Assembly (NCBI GenBank): GCA_043228905.1
Contig: JBHGNT010000005.1
Span: forward strand, 8,556,001-8,620,000
Source of the DNA: Azolla caroliniana
Taxonomy: Eukaryota; Plantae; Polypodiophyta
Length of the DNA stretch: 64,000 bases
Direction: 5' to 3'
Both the position numbers and the translations under genes were made by a program. The notes beneath the pieces are model-generated. The model saw only the letters and a list, made by a program, of their open reading frames with translations. It made no database searches and was not told where the DNA came from. Position 1 is the stretch's first letter. Every line of letters begins with the position of its first letter. Below, one piece after another: positions 51,688 to 60,919 of the stretch.

Positions 51688-53576
51688 ATGCCTCTTGCAG
51701 CTTCACAGGAAACGCGCTCCTGGCTTCAGGAACGAGGATTAGGTGGTTATTTAAAGGTGATCGATGCCCCTGCACACCCTAATGCCCAAGCAGTCGCACG
51801 CCGAATCCACCCGGACACAATCAACAACAATATGATTCGTGATGCCTTGGACTTGAAGCGAGGAAGTGATCATGAAGTAGAGATTCCCCCTTCCACGACC
51901 CTGAAGGAATACTTTGGTGCGTATTCCATATCTGGTAAGGCCTACTTCACCTACGGTGGATCCAACAAGGCATTCGGAGAAATCGCTCGCATCCTGATGG
52001 AGTACGCGTTCGTGCATACCAACCCTATAAGTATGCCACAGAACAAAGCGGCGATCATTATCAGTGCATACAAGAGAAACAAAATCGATTGGGGAATCAT
52101 CACAAGCGAAGGAGTCCGTGCGGCGCTCGAATCCTTCCAAACCAATAAGCGTTTGTTGCCTGTGATCAATCACTTCCTCACAATTCTCTACCCACCTCCT
52201 TCGGTTTCCCCTCGTCGCATCCTGACCTCTCCACCACCACCAAGGAAACAACGAGAGAAGATTTTGGCAATAACCCAAGAAGAATGGGAAGACCCCTCGC
52301 CTTCTCCACCTCCCTCAGGCGTTCGGAACCCCACTTCCGCCTCGGCACCACCCCCACCAAAAACACAGAAACAATGGGCGTTAACAACGACTCGTGTCGA
52401 ATGGGACGAGGTCGAGGAGCCCATCCCCGAGGATGTCACCATCGCTAGAAACCACCAAGGACATCAATGACCTATCTACAACCGAGCCCACGGCCCACAA
52501 GCCAGCAGCCCTCGGCAATCCAACAACAAAAGAGGAAACTGGCCGAGGAGCCAATACCACCGACCCCGAATGCACAGGATCAGCTGCCAAAAAGACTCTG
52601 CATCATTCGAGAGGTAACCACAGAAACCAAGGGCAACCATCATCAGAAATCAAAAGAGGCCAACACAACCTCCACGAACATGGTACCAGCGGAGTCATGG
52701 CTCCAAGTCGATACGATCGAGCATGGACAAACCACGCAGATATTAGAGGAGGAAGTCCTCGGTTACAAGGATCTCCCCGCGGAGGCATACGAGTTCAGTG
52801 CACTACTTCGACTGGGCACAACATATGAGTTAATGGATTTCCTCGCGCGCACCCAAGTAGTTGCCACCGCTCGTATGGCCGAGGAGCACGCTGAAACAAA
52901 GATGATTCAATACACTCTAATGGGTGAAATCGAACCTCACGAGGATCAAGCCTTACAGAAGATAGGATGGAAGAAGCAAGCACAGAATGCATCGCTCCTC
53001 ATGGAACTACCAGATTTGAACATGGCCTTAGTTGAGGCATATCGCAATCTGCACCACACTACTCGGGCAACTAAGGACGTCGCCCGACGTTTCAAAACGG
53101 CGCATCAGCAAGCCAAACGGGCTACCGAGCTATGGCAAGCCGTCGAGGAGAAACTGGTAACATTCCAGCAGCAACATCTAGAACAGCCTCCCTGTGCCGA
53201 GTGACGTTGGCTCACCAGCCACTCTTCCGAACCCGAGCCTGAGTGCTACAAGTACCAAAGCACACAAAGACGACACCTCTCACCCCAGGGTAGCCATAGT
53301 CGATGCCAGCACAATGATAGACTTGGTACAGACAAGTGAGCCATCGTCACGGGCAGATATCAGCCCGCCTCCCCAAACAAGCCATGCCTCCACGCAAACG
53401 CCACCACCACCAATTGTCATGGAACGATTTACACAGACAGGAAGGGAGCCCTCGCCCCAAATCCAGCAAGCGGCAACCCAGACAGGGTCTCCCCTTCGGG
53501 ACTACCAGGAGTGTTGGAGACAAGGCCGTGTCGCAGAAGATCAAGTAGCATTCGATTGGGGTTGAGTACCTGCGTA
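51688..53576 (+). pseudogene. Extra ORF (ORF2) of gypsy E, frameshifted; homologous to ORF2 of H
   Basis: The N-terminal ~170 aa aligns by eye with H ORF2 (GLGGYL/GLEGFL, YFGAYS/YFGEYS, FGEIARIL/FREIARVL, MPQNKA/MPKNRA, KIDW/KVDW). Pro-rich and helical segments follow. Confidence 0.85.
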
Positions 53577-54254
53577 TGACAGTTTCCAAGATCGTGCACA
53601 GAGAGAGAGAGAGAGAGGAGGCACAAAAGAACTCTTTCATTCAATAGAAACAATAATACAACCCACCTTACAAAAAGGTTACTAGGTCACTTTATATAGT
53701 GACCGACTTAGGGCAACTACCATTTATGCTAATTACACAAATGGCCCAAACTTGAGCTATACAAAGGGATAGTGTGAATACGTCCATTATACACTTGTAT
53801 TCGACACTCCCCCGTAATGGGCGTATACATGGGTTATCTAGGATTACAGGTATAAACCTAGGTTCTCGGACATATCAGTTTTTGTTCGAGTCGGCAGGGT
53901 CCGAAGGCAGAAGACCGAACTGGTCGGGTCGGAAGAGTTGAAGCCGATCATTAAGGAACTGATGTCGGTTGTCCGAAACCATCCTGTGCTGTGTCCGGCT
54001 CTAACCGGACTGGTTTGTCGTTACGCCCATCTGATGCCGAAGGGACCAAAAGCGGTCTGCCGAAAGACACTTGGTCATTCCATCTGCGACATTGTCGGTT
54101 GTGGATATTTTCTCTAGACCGATTTTCCCTGAAATGACGCAGTCCCAAACGAAGTGATATCGAACGTCGATATGTTTGGAGGCGTTGTGGTGAACCGGAT
54201 TTTTCGACAAGGCAACAGCACCTTGACTGTCGCTATAGACAACTGGGGCCGAGT
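53577..54254 (-). mobile_element. Ty1/copia element I, 3' end (RNase H end, PPT, 3' LTR), interrupted by H
   Basis: LTR 53577-53806 (TG...CA), PPT as ctccccc at 53807, RNase H VYSDSQGAVALSKNPVHHNASKHIDVRYHF...NVADGMTK. Confidence 0.88.
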
Positions 54255-54680
54255 TGTTACCGGTCGGCAAGGAGTCCAAAATACGGAGTGAAGGAATTAA
54301 TTAGATATGGTTGTATATGAGCATAGTGTGGACGGACGGACTGGAAACGGTATGCCGTTCCAGATCCGGACGGATCCCGAATAGGTGCGAGAGGCACCGT
54401 TTTGTACTACGGGCCGGAAACCTATTTAAAGGCCCGGACCCTATTGTAATGACAGCGGATAATTAATAGAGATTATGATGTTTATACTTCTGTCTTGATT
54501 TCCGTTCTGTAATCACTGTTATATCTTACGCGTGTAATTAACCAAAGCAATCTAATCGTGTAACCTACGTAAGTCGGTGTAATCGTTGAATCTTAATCCT
54601 ATGCCGTAATCACCCTTTGGTGAAGTGTCTCCGTGACACCTTGTGTTAGGCCTTGTCCGGCTAAGAGAATAACACAGTTT

Positions 54681-54690
54681 TGGCGACCAC
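54681..54690 (+). other. Primer binding site of H, tRNA-Arg type
   Basis: TGGCGACCAC, 6 nt after the 5' LTR; complementary to the 3' end I recall for tRNA-Arg(UCG) (...GUGGUCGCCA). Confidence 0.7.
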
Positions 54691-54725
54691 GATTCCTGCT
54701 TTCTCGCAGCGAACGACGGTAATGG

Positions 54726-57700
54726 ATGACTAGACCAACGCACGACTTGGGTACAGACCGAGCTCGACGCCTCGCCGAACGGCAAAGACGGCGTGAGACT
54801 TTCCAGCAAGCAGCGCAGGAAATTCGCTCGGATCGTTCGTTCTCCAACGAGATCCGGAGAGTCGCGGAGGAATCTCTCCGGTTACGGCAAACTCGCGACC
54901 AGGACGACGGAAGCAGTCTAAGTAGTCTCCGGGAAACCGAACGACTCCTGGAGGCGCTGGCAAGCGGAGAAAACGAGGCAGAAGCCTTTTCAGCCTACGA
55001 ATCAGATTCCGAAGGGGGATACAGCGTGCACACGAACTACCGGAGCAGCAACGATACCCCCGGCGGCCCGGAAGACGACGGGTCGGATAACGTGCCGACT
55101 CCAGAACCGGAACCGCTCAACCAGGGCTATCCGGAACCACAAACGGAAGCCGTCAACCCACCAACACCGGAAGTGGAAGAAGCAAAGCCACCAACACCAA
55201 CGAAAGAGCCGGCAAAGGGGCCGGAAAAAGAACCGGAAGTGGAACCGGAGAAAGAACCGAAAAAATATCAACAAACGCCACTAAACCGCGGCTTAATACT
55301 GGACGACGACATGCCGTTCCAATACTCAAAGTACCGCGATGATCCGGATGCGGAAGCGCATGTGGATGACTTCGAGCAGACATGGGAAGCAAATCACACG
55401 TCCCAGCGAATGACACCGGCGGAAGAAGAACGCTCGAAGATAGCGGAATTCGGAGTCACGTTGGAAGGACCAGCGACACGATGGCGGCGGTCGCAGGACC
55501 CGGCGACCATCACAACATTTGCAGAATTAAAAGCAAAATTCTTGCATTTTTTCCACAAGGAGGTCGACCAGACGACAATGGTGGGCCTGTTTTATACGAT
55601 CCGACAGGAGGCAGGGGAAAGCATTCCCCAATTCGTCATCCGTTTCCAACGGATGCATAGCCAGCTTGCCCGTGCACCCCCGGAGGAGGAATTACGGACG
55701 ATATTTTTAAACGCACTCCGGGAACCGTTACGCACGGTGTGTACGGTGATCGACTTTCGAGGATGCACCATCGATCAGGTTATTGACCGGGTCAGAGAAA
55801 TGGAAAAGACAAGCTCATGGCTTACGCTGGGAACACTGCAACGGGCGTTACCCACCGAGGAAGATCTCCGGTTCCGGCAGGCAATTCAATGCACAATCTG
55901 CTTGAATGCCGGACACTCGGCAGTGGAGTGCACCATGCGCACTCAGTGTGTGATTTGTCAATCCAAGAGTCATACAACGGACCGGTGCGAGTACAACCTG
56001 TTAAACCGACAAGCACCACCCGTCCGACGGATCGAGCCAAGAAGCAGCCAAGACGAAGATGAAGATCGTTGGCAAAAAATGAACCGGTACCGACCAGCAC
56101 AGGATGTCCGGTACGGAGACAGGCAAGAGAATGATGGCCGGTACGGGAATCGGCGGGATAACTACGACCGGTATGAGCGATCGGACCGTTATCGAGAGCC
56201 CAACAGGCGACACGAGCAATACGACAGAGACCATTCCCCTGGTTACCGAAGGCACCAGGAGGACTACGGCCGATTTTACGATCCACCACGACCGGACTAC
56301 CGAAATAAACATAAGAATAATAAGAAACGTAATTTCAAGAAAGGTGGTCACCCTAGGGACCCGGAACATGGAACCTCAAGGAGCCAACCGGCACAGAACG
56401 CACCACTCGCTACGGGACCAACTCCGGCTACCAGCAATGCTGAATCCAGCAATACCCGTAAAGAGTACTGCTACTACTGCAGGCAAGAAGGCCACTACAG
56501 TAACCAGTGCCCGGTAAAGAGCTATGAGAAACGACCAGCAGTTAATATGGTGGTGGCGGATTTACAGCAAGTAACCACACGGTCGAAAGGCATGGCCAAA
56601 GAATGGGAAACACAAGAGGCCATACGAAAACAGGCGACGGAATGGGTGAAGGAAGCCAATGAAAGAAACGTCGCGGACGCGGAACGGCAAAAGGCGAAGA
56701 TCATAGGGAGTGCCGGCGGTAGCCACCCAGAAAACGAGACATGGCAAGCACTACAAGAATGTCAGATCACGTTACCATTAGGAAGACTCTTGCAGCTCGT
56801 GCCGCGATTCACAGAAGGACTAAAAACGGTCATGACAGACGGTATAGCTCCACCGGCACCAGTCCTTTTCTCGAATCCGGAGGAGGGACCGACGGTGGTG
56901 GACACTAGTAGTCCGGTGATCACAGCTATTGTCAAAGGGCACGAACTTCCCGGCACAGTAATCGATGGAGGTTCCGGAGTGAACGTAATAAGCCTTCGCA
57001 CGTGTGATGCCTTGGGCATACATGAATGGGAGCCATGTCCGTTCTGGCTACGGATGGCGGATACGAGCTCTGTACGGCCGACGGGCTTAATACGGAAATT
57101 GGAAGTCACCATAGGAGGCCACACATTTCACATCTCGGCTGTAGTGCTGCAGCTACAGGCGCAAGGCGCGTACCCACTGCTGCTGGGCAGACCATGGTTG
57201 AAAACAGCACACATCAAGCAAAATTGGCGAAAAAATATGATTACCTTCCGGCGCGGAAAAGCCAAGGTCCGGGTACCGACACAACCACGGACGAGCAACG
57301 GTAAGGAATGCACACCGCTGTATGCGGAATGTGTGAACATGCTTGAAGGATTGGCAGACGACGAAGAAGCCCAGTACTTGGAGGAACATCCGAAGATCGT
57401 ACCACTCTTCGAGATTGACGTAGCTGAAGCCGTAGCCGCATACTTGCCGCAGCGGGACGATACCGAAGCCGAACCAGACAAAGATGCGATTCGGGAATTA
57501 CGGCAAGCACAGGAAGCGTTGGAACGGGAAATGGCCGTTTCCCAACGGGTAAAAGCATCCCAGCTCGACGAAGTGAACCTAGGAAGCAAAGAGGAATCAA
57601 AGCCGGTACACATCGCCAAAGAAATGAAGCCGGAAGATAAAGCGGCGATGATCAAACTTCTCACGGAGTTTCGCGACGTATTCGCCTGGTCATACGAAGA

Positions 57701-60545
57701 CATGCGAGGGCTGGACCCTCAATTATATCAGCATCAGATCCACTTAGGCAAGGACGCGAAACCAGTGGCGCAACGACGATACCGAATGAACCCCAACTAC
57801 GCCGCCAAAGTAAAAGAGGAAATCGACAAACTCCTAAGAGTGGGCTTCATCCGGCCGGTAAAGAAAGCGACGTGGCTGAGCCCCATCGTCGTCGTCCCCA
57901 AGAAGAACGGTAAAATCCGTGTGTGTGTTGATTACAGGAAACTAAATGCCGCCACAATTACGGATGCATTCCCTCTTCCGTTCACGGACGGAGTACTGGA
58001 TGCCGTCGCCGGTCATGAAGTTTATAGCTTTTTAGACGGGTTCAGCGGGTACAATCAAATCCGGATGCACCCGGACGACCAGGAAAAGACAGCGTTCGTC
58101 ACCGAATGGGGGGTGTTTGTGGCCGAAGTCATGATGTTCGGCCTAAAAACGGCACCAGCAACGTTCCAGCGAATCATCATGGAGATCTTCGGCGAATACA
58201 TTCCTGCCTTCATGCAAGTTTTCCTGGATGATTTTGCAGTCTATAGCCGGGGAAAAGACCATTTGCAGCACCTACGGTTATGCCTTGAAAAGTGCAGGTT
58301 ATACCGGCTAAGCTTAAACCCAGCAAAATGCATCTTTGGGGTGTCAAGTGGAATATTGCTAGGACACATTGTAAGTAAGGAGGGCATTGCGGTCGACCCG
58401 GACAAAGTAAACGCCATACTAGGGGCTCCGGCGCCGAAAACGGCCAAAGCACTAAGCCGATTCTTAGGACAAATCCGGTGGCACAGCCGGATGCTCCGTC
58501 ACTTGGCGGACTTGGCGACACCATTACACACCGCGGTACATCGGACACCGTTCCAATGGACGGAGACGGAGGATAAGGCATACAATGCCCTGAAGGTACT
58601 TTTGTCGCAAGCACCTGTCGTGCAACCTCCGGATTGGAGCAAGGAATTTCACGTATTCGTGGACGCGTCCGACATCGCTATTGGCAGCGCCTTAATGCAA
58701 CTTACGGAGCCTAAATGGTACCGGCCGGTATATTACGCCAGCCGGAAACTATCCCAAGCGGAGAAGAACTATTCAACGACGGAACGGGAGGCCCTGGGCA
58801 TGATCTACAGTGTAACAAAGTTTCGTCATTACCTATTGGGAAGGAAGTTCTCCTTTCATGTGGATCACTCGGCGCTGCTGTACTTAGTTTCCAAGGCGTC
58901 CCTGACCGGTAAGTTGGCCCGTTGGACCTTGCTGTTGCAGGAGTTCGAATTCGAGATTTTCCACCGGCCCGGTATCCAGCATGCCGTAGCAGACTATCTA
59001 AGCCGGTTAGAGTCCGGAGAACCAGGCGACGGAGTAGCGGATGAATTCCCGGACGCGGAGTTATTCCGTATCACCCCGGAAATGGCAGCGGACGATACGG
59101 TGGCATCAGAAGATAAATGGCTGACAAACATGCACCAGTTCCTAAGCACGGGCCTGCCACCGGAGGAAATGAACCGGGACGAGAGGAAACGACTGGCGGT
59201 GCAGAGCCGCAATTTCTGTCTGTTACGGGACACTCTCTACCACAAAGGAGCAGATGGAATATGGAGACGGGCAGTCCGTAGTGACGAGAAAGAAGTAATC
59301 TTACGGGAAGCACACTGTGGGGTTGCCGGAGGACACTATGCCGGGGAAGCGACGGCGAGGAAAGTATGGCAGAGCGGCTTATGGTGGCCCACGACGTTAA
59401 AAGACGCCGTCATGTATGCTAAGGAATGTGACCTATGCCAACGAATGGGCCAGCCTACGGAGCAAGCACGGATGCCACACCAACCGATACTTCCACTAGA
59501 GCCATTCCAGAAGTGGGGGTTGGATTTTGTCGGACCGTTCAAGCCACCGGCAATGAGAACGGGTAATCGTTATGTCATCGTGGCAACGGATTATTGCACT
59601 AAATGGGTGGAAGCAAAGGCCCTGAGAGACAACACCGCGTCATCCACAGCAAAATTCCTGTACGAAAACATTTGGTGCCGATATGGATGTCCGATTGAAT
59701 TAATCAGCGACCAAGGAGGCCACTTCCTCGGTCAGGTAGTGGAAAGCTTAACAACGTTCTATGCCGTGGTCCATAAAAGAAGCACACCGTACTACCCACA
59801 GGCGAACGGGTTAGCAGAGTCCACCAACAAAACGCTGCAGAACATTCTCCGCAAAATTGTCAATGAAAACCGGACGGACTGGGACACAAAGCTCCATAGT
59901 GCGCTATGGGCGTACAGAACGGCATACAAAACGAGTATCCGGACAACGCCGTTCCGGTTAGCATTCGGCTTAGAAGCGGTCATGCCGGTCGAGTTTCAGG
60001 TACCAAGCTTACGGATCCAACTACGGGAACGGCTGAATGAAAAGAAGTCGGAGGAAATACGGCTAGCAGCACTATGCGAACTGGAGGAGCAACGGCTGGC
60101 CAGCATCCTCCACATGGAACTGGAGCAACGACGACGGAAAGCGTTCGTTGACCGTCACCGGAAAGGTAATGAGAAGATGTTCAAAATCGGGAAGCCAGTG
60201 CTAGTATTCCAAACGAGGATGGGCAAGATGCCGGGTAAACTCCGGTTCAGATGGACAGGCCCGTATTGGCTGACACGGGAATACAACGGGTCCTATCAGA
60301 TAGGGACACTTGCCGGGGAAGTACTAGGCAAGTGGGTGAATGGATTTCGACTAAAGCCCTATAAAGGACCGATGCCAAAGAACCCGTTTATGCAGCTCAC
60401 CGGCACTACACCAGGAACCTGTCCGGGATCGGTACGGATCGATCCGGAAGAAAAAGACGACGGGGAACCCGTAGTAGAGACGAAGGAAGACACGGCAACC
60501 CGTAAGGAAAACGGTCAGGGTCCGAAGGGACCTACGGAGGTGTAA
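54726..60545 (+). CDS. Gag-Pol polyprotein of H, 1939 aa (gag, 3 CCHC knuckles, protease, RT, RNase H, integrase with GPY motif)
   Basis: CTICLNAGHSAVEC, CVICQSKSHTTDRC, CYYCRQEGHYSNQC; IDGGSGVN; FLDGFSGYNQI, FLDDF; VDASD, EREA, VDHSAL, ADYLSR; HCGVAGGH..CDLC, WGLDF, SDQGGHF, NGLAE; WTGPY. Confidence 0.97.
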   Translation: MTRPTHDLGTDRARRLAERQRRRETFQQAAQEIRSDRSFSNEIRRVAEESLRLRQTRDQDDGSSLSSLRETERLLEALASGENEAEAFSAYESDSEGGYSVHTNYRSSNDTPGGPEDDGSDNVPTPEPEPLNQGYPEPQTEAVNPPTPEVEEAKPPTPTKEPAKGPEKEPEVEPEKEPKKYQQTPLNRGLILDDDMPFQYSKYRDDPDAEAHVDDFEQTWEANHTSQRMTPAEEERSKIAEFGVTLEGPATRWRRSQDPATITTFAELKAKFLHFFHKEVDQTTMVGLFYTIRQEAGESIPQFVIRFQRMHSQLARAPPEEELRTIFLNALREPLRTVCTVIDFRGCTIDQVIDRVREMEKTSSWLTLGTLQRALPTEEDLRFRQAIQCTICLNAGHSAVECTMRTQCVICQSKSHTTDRCEYNLLNRQAPPVRRIEPRSSQDEDEDRWQKMNRYRPAQDVRYGDRQENDGRYGNRRDNYDRYERSDRYREPNRRHEQYDRDHSPGYRRHQEDYGRFYDPPRPDYRNKHKNNKKRNFKKGGHPRDPEHGTSRSQPAQNAPLATGPTPATSNAESSNTRKEYCYYCRQEGHYSNQCPVKSYEKRPAVNMVVADLQQVTTRSKGMAKEWETQEAIRKQATEWVKEANERNVADAERQKAKIIGSAGGSHPENETWQALQECQITLPLGRLLQLVPRFTEGLKTVMTDGIAPPAPVLFSNPEEGPTVVDTSSPVITAIVKGHELPGTVIDGGSGVNVISLRTCDALGIHEWEPCPFWLRMADTSSVRPTGLIRKLEVTIGGHTFHISAVVLQLQAQGAYPLLLGRPWLKTAHIKQNWRKNMITFRRGKAKVRVPTQPRTSNGKECTPLYAECVNMLEGLADDEEAQYLEEHPKIVPLFEIDVAEAVAAYLPQRDDTEAEPDKDAIRELRQAQEALEREMAVSQRVKASQLDEVNLGSKEESKPVHIAKEMKPEDKAAMIKLLTEFRDVFAWSYEDMRGLDPQLYQHQIHLGKDAKPVAQRRYRMNPNYAAKVKEEIDKLLRVGFIRPVKKATWLSPIVVVPKKNGKIRVCVDYRKLNAATITDAFPLPFTDGVLDAVAGHEVYSFLDGFSGYNQIRMHPDDQEKTAFVTEWGVFVAEVMMFGLKTAPATFQRIIMEIFGEYIPAFMQVFLDDFAVYSRGKDHLQHLRLCLEKCRLYRLSLNPAKCIFGVSSGILLGHIVSKEGIAVDPDKVNAILGAPAPKTAKALSRFLGQIRWHSRMLRHLADLATPLHTAVHRTPFQWTETEDKAYNALKVLLSQAPVVQPPDWSKEFHVFVDASDIAIGSALMQLTEPKWYRPVYYASRKLSQAEKNYSTTEREALGMIYSVTKFRHYLLGRKFSFHVDHSALLYLVSKASLTGKLARWTLLLQEFEFEIFHRPGIQHAVADYLSRLESGEPGDGVADEFPDAELFRITPEMAADDTVASEDKWLTNMHQFLSTGLPPEEMNRDERKRLAVQSRNFCLLRDTLYHKGADGIWRRAVRSDEKEVILREAHCGVAGGHYAGEATARKVWQSGLWWPTTLKDAVMYAKECDLCQRMGQPTEQARMPHQPILPLEPFQKWGLDFVGPFKPPAMRTGNRYVIVATDYCTKWVEAKALRDNTASSTAKFLYENIWCRYGCPIELISDQGGHFLGQVVESLTTFYAVVHKRSTPYYPQANGLAESTNKTLQNILRKIVNENRTDWDTKLHSALWAYRTAYKTSIRTTPFRLAFGLEAVMPVEFQVPSLRIQLRERLNEKKSEEIRLAALCELEEQRLASILHMELEQRRRKAFVDRHRKGNEKMFKIGKPVLVFQTRMGKMPGKLRFRWTGPYWLTREYNGSYQIGTLAGEVLGKWVNGFRLKPYKGPMPKNPFMQLTGTTPGTCPGSVRIDPEEKDDGEPVVETKEDTATRKENGQGPKGPTEV

Positions 60546-60559
60546 GGTCACACACCGTC

Positions 60560-60562
<3 letters not shown>

Positions 60563-60592
<30 letters not shown>
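60563..60592 (+). repeat. A30 homopolymer between pol and ORF2 of H
   Basis: 30 A, flanked on both sides by tcatt. Confidence 0.9.
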
Positions 60593-60596
<4 letters not shown>

Positions 60597-60919
60597 TAAA
60601 AATCGAGGTATGAACGGGTGTGAAAGCAAGGCGCGAAAAGGTACGTAGTGGGCATTTAAGAGACGCCACGCTACTTAATACTAATTTGGTACACGACGTG
60701 TGCATGCTCGAAAAAGGCGCCAAAACGCACAAAGAAGAAGCAGAACGCATGGAGACCTTTTCATTTCGCGAGCCAAGAAGCACAGAAGCACCAAGACAGT
60801 GGAAGCTGAGCAAACGCGAACCTGCACGCAGAGAACCCCCGCGCTCAGAACGCTCTCTCTCTCGCTCTCACTCTCATCACCACTCTACCTCGCCATCTTC
60901 CCTTGACCTTGAAGCAGAC

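Larger units (their letters stand above)
34558..53576 (+). mobile_element. Ty3/gypsy element E (decayed relative of H; hosts F, G and I; 3' end not in window)
   Basis: 5' LTR 34558-35049 (tgttgtcc...ggataaca), PBS at 35055. gag-pol pieces 35124-38598 and 44242-46185 are colinear with H (IDGGSGVN, FLDGFSGYNQI, FLDDF, WGLDFVGP, WVNGFRL). Extra ORF from 51688. Confidence 0.92.
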
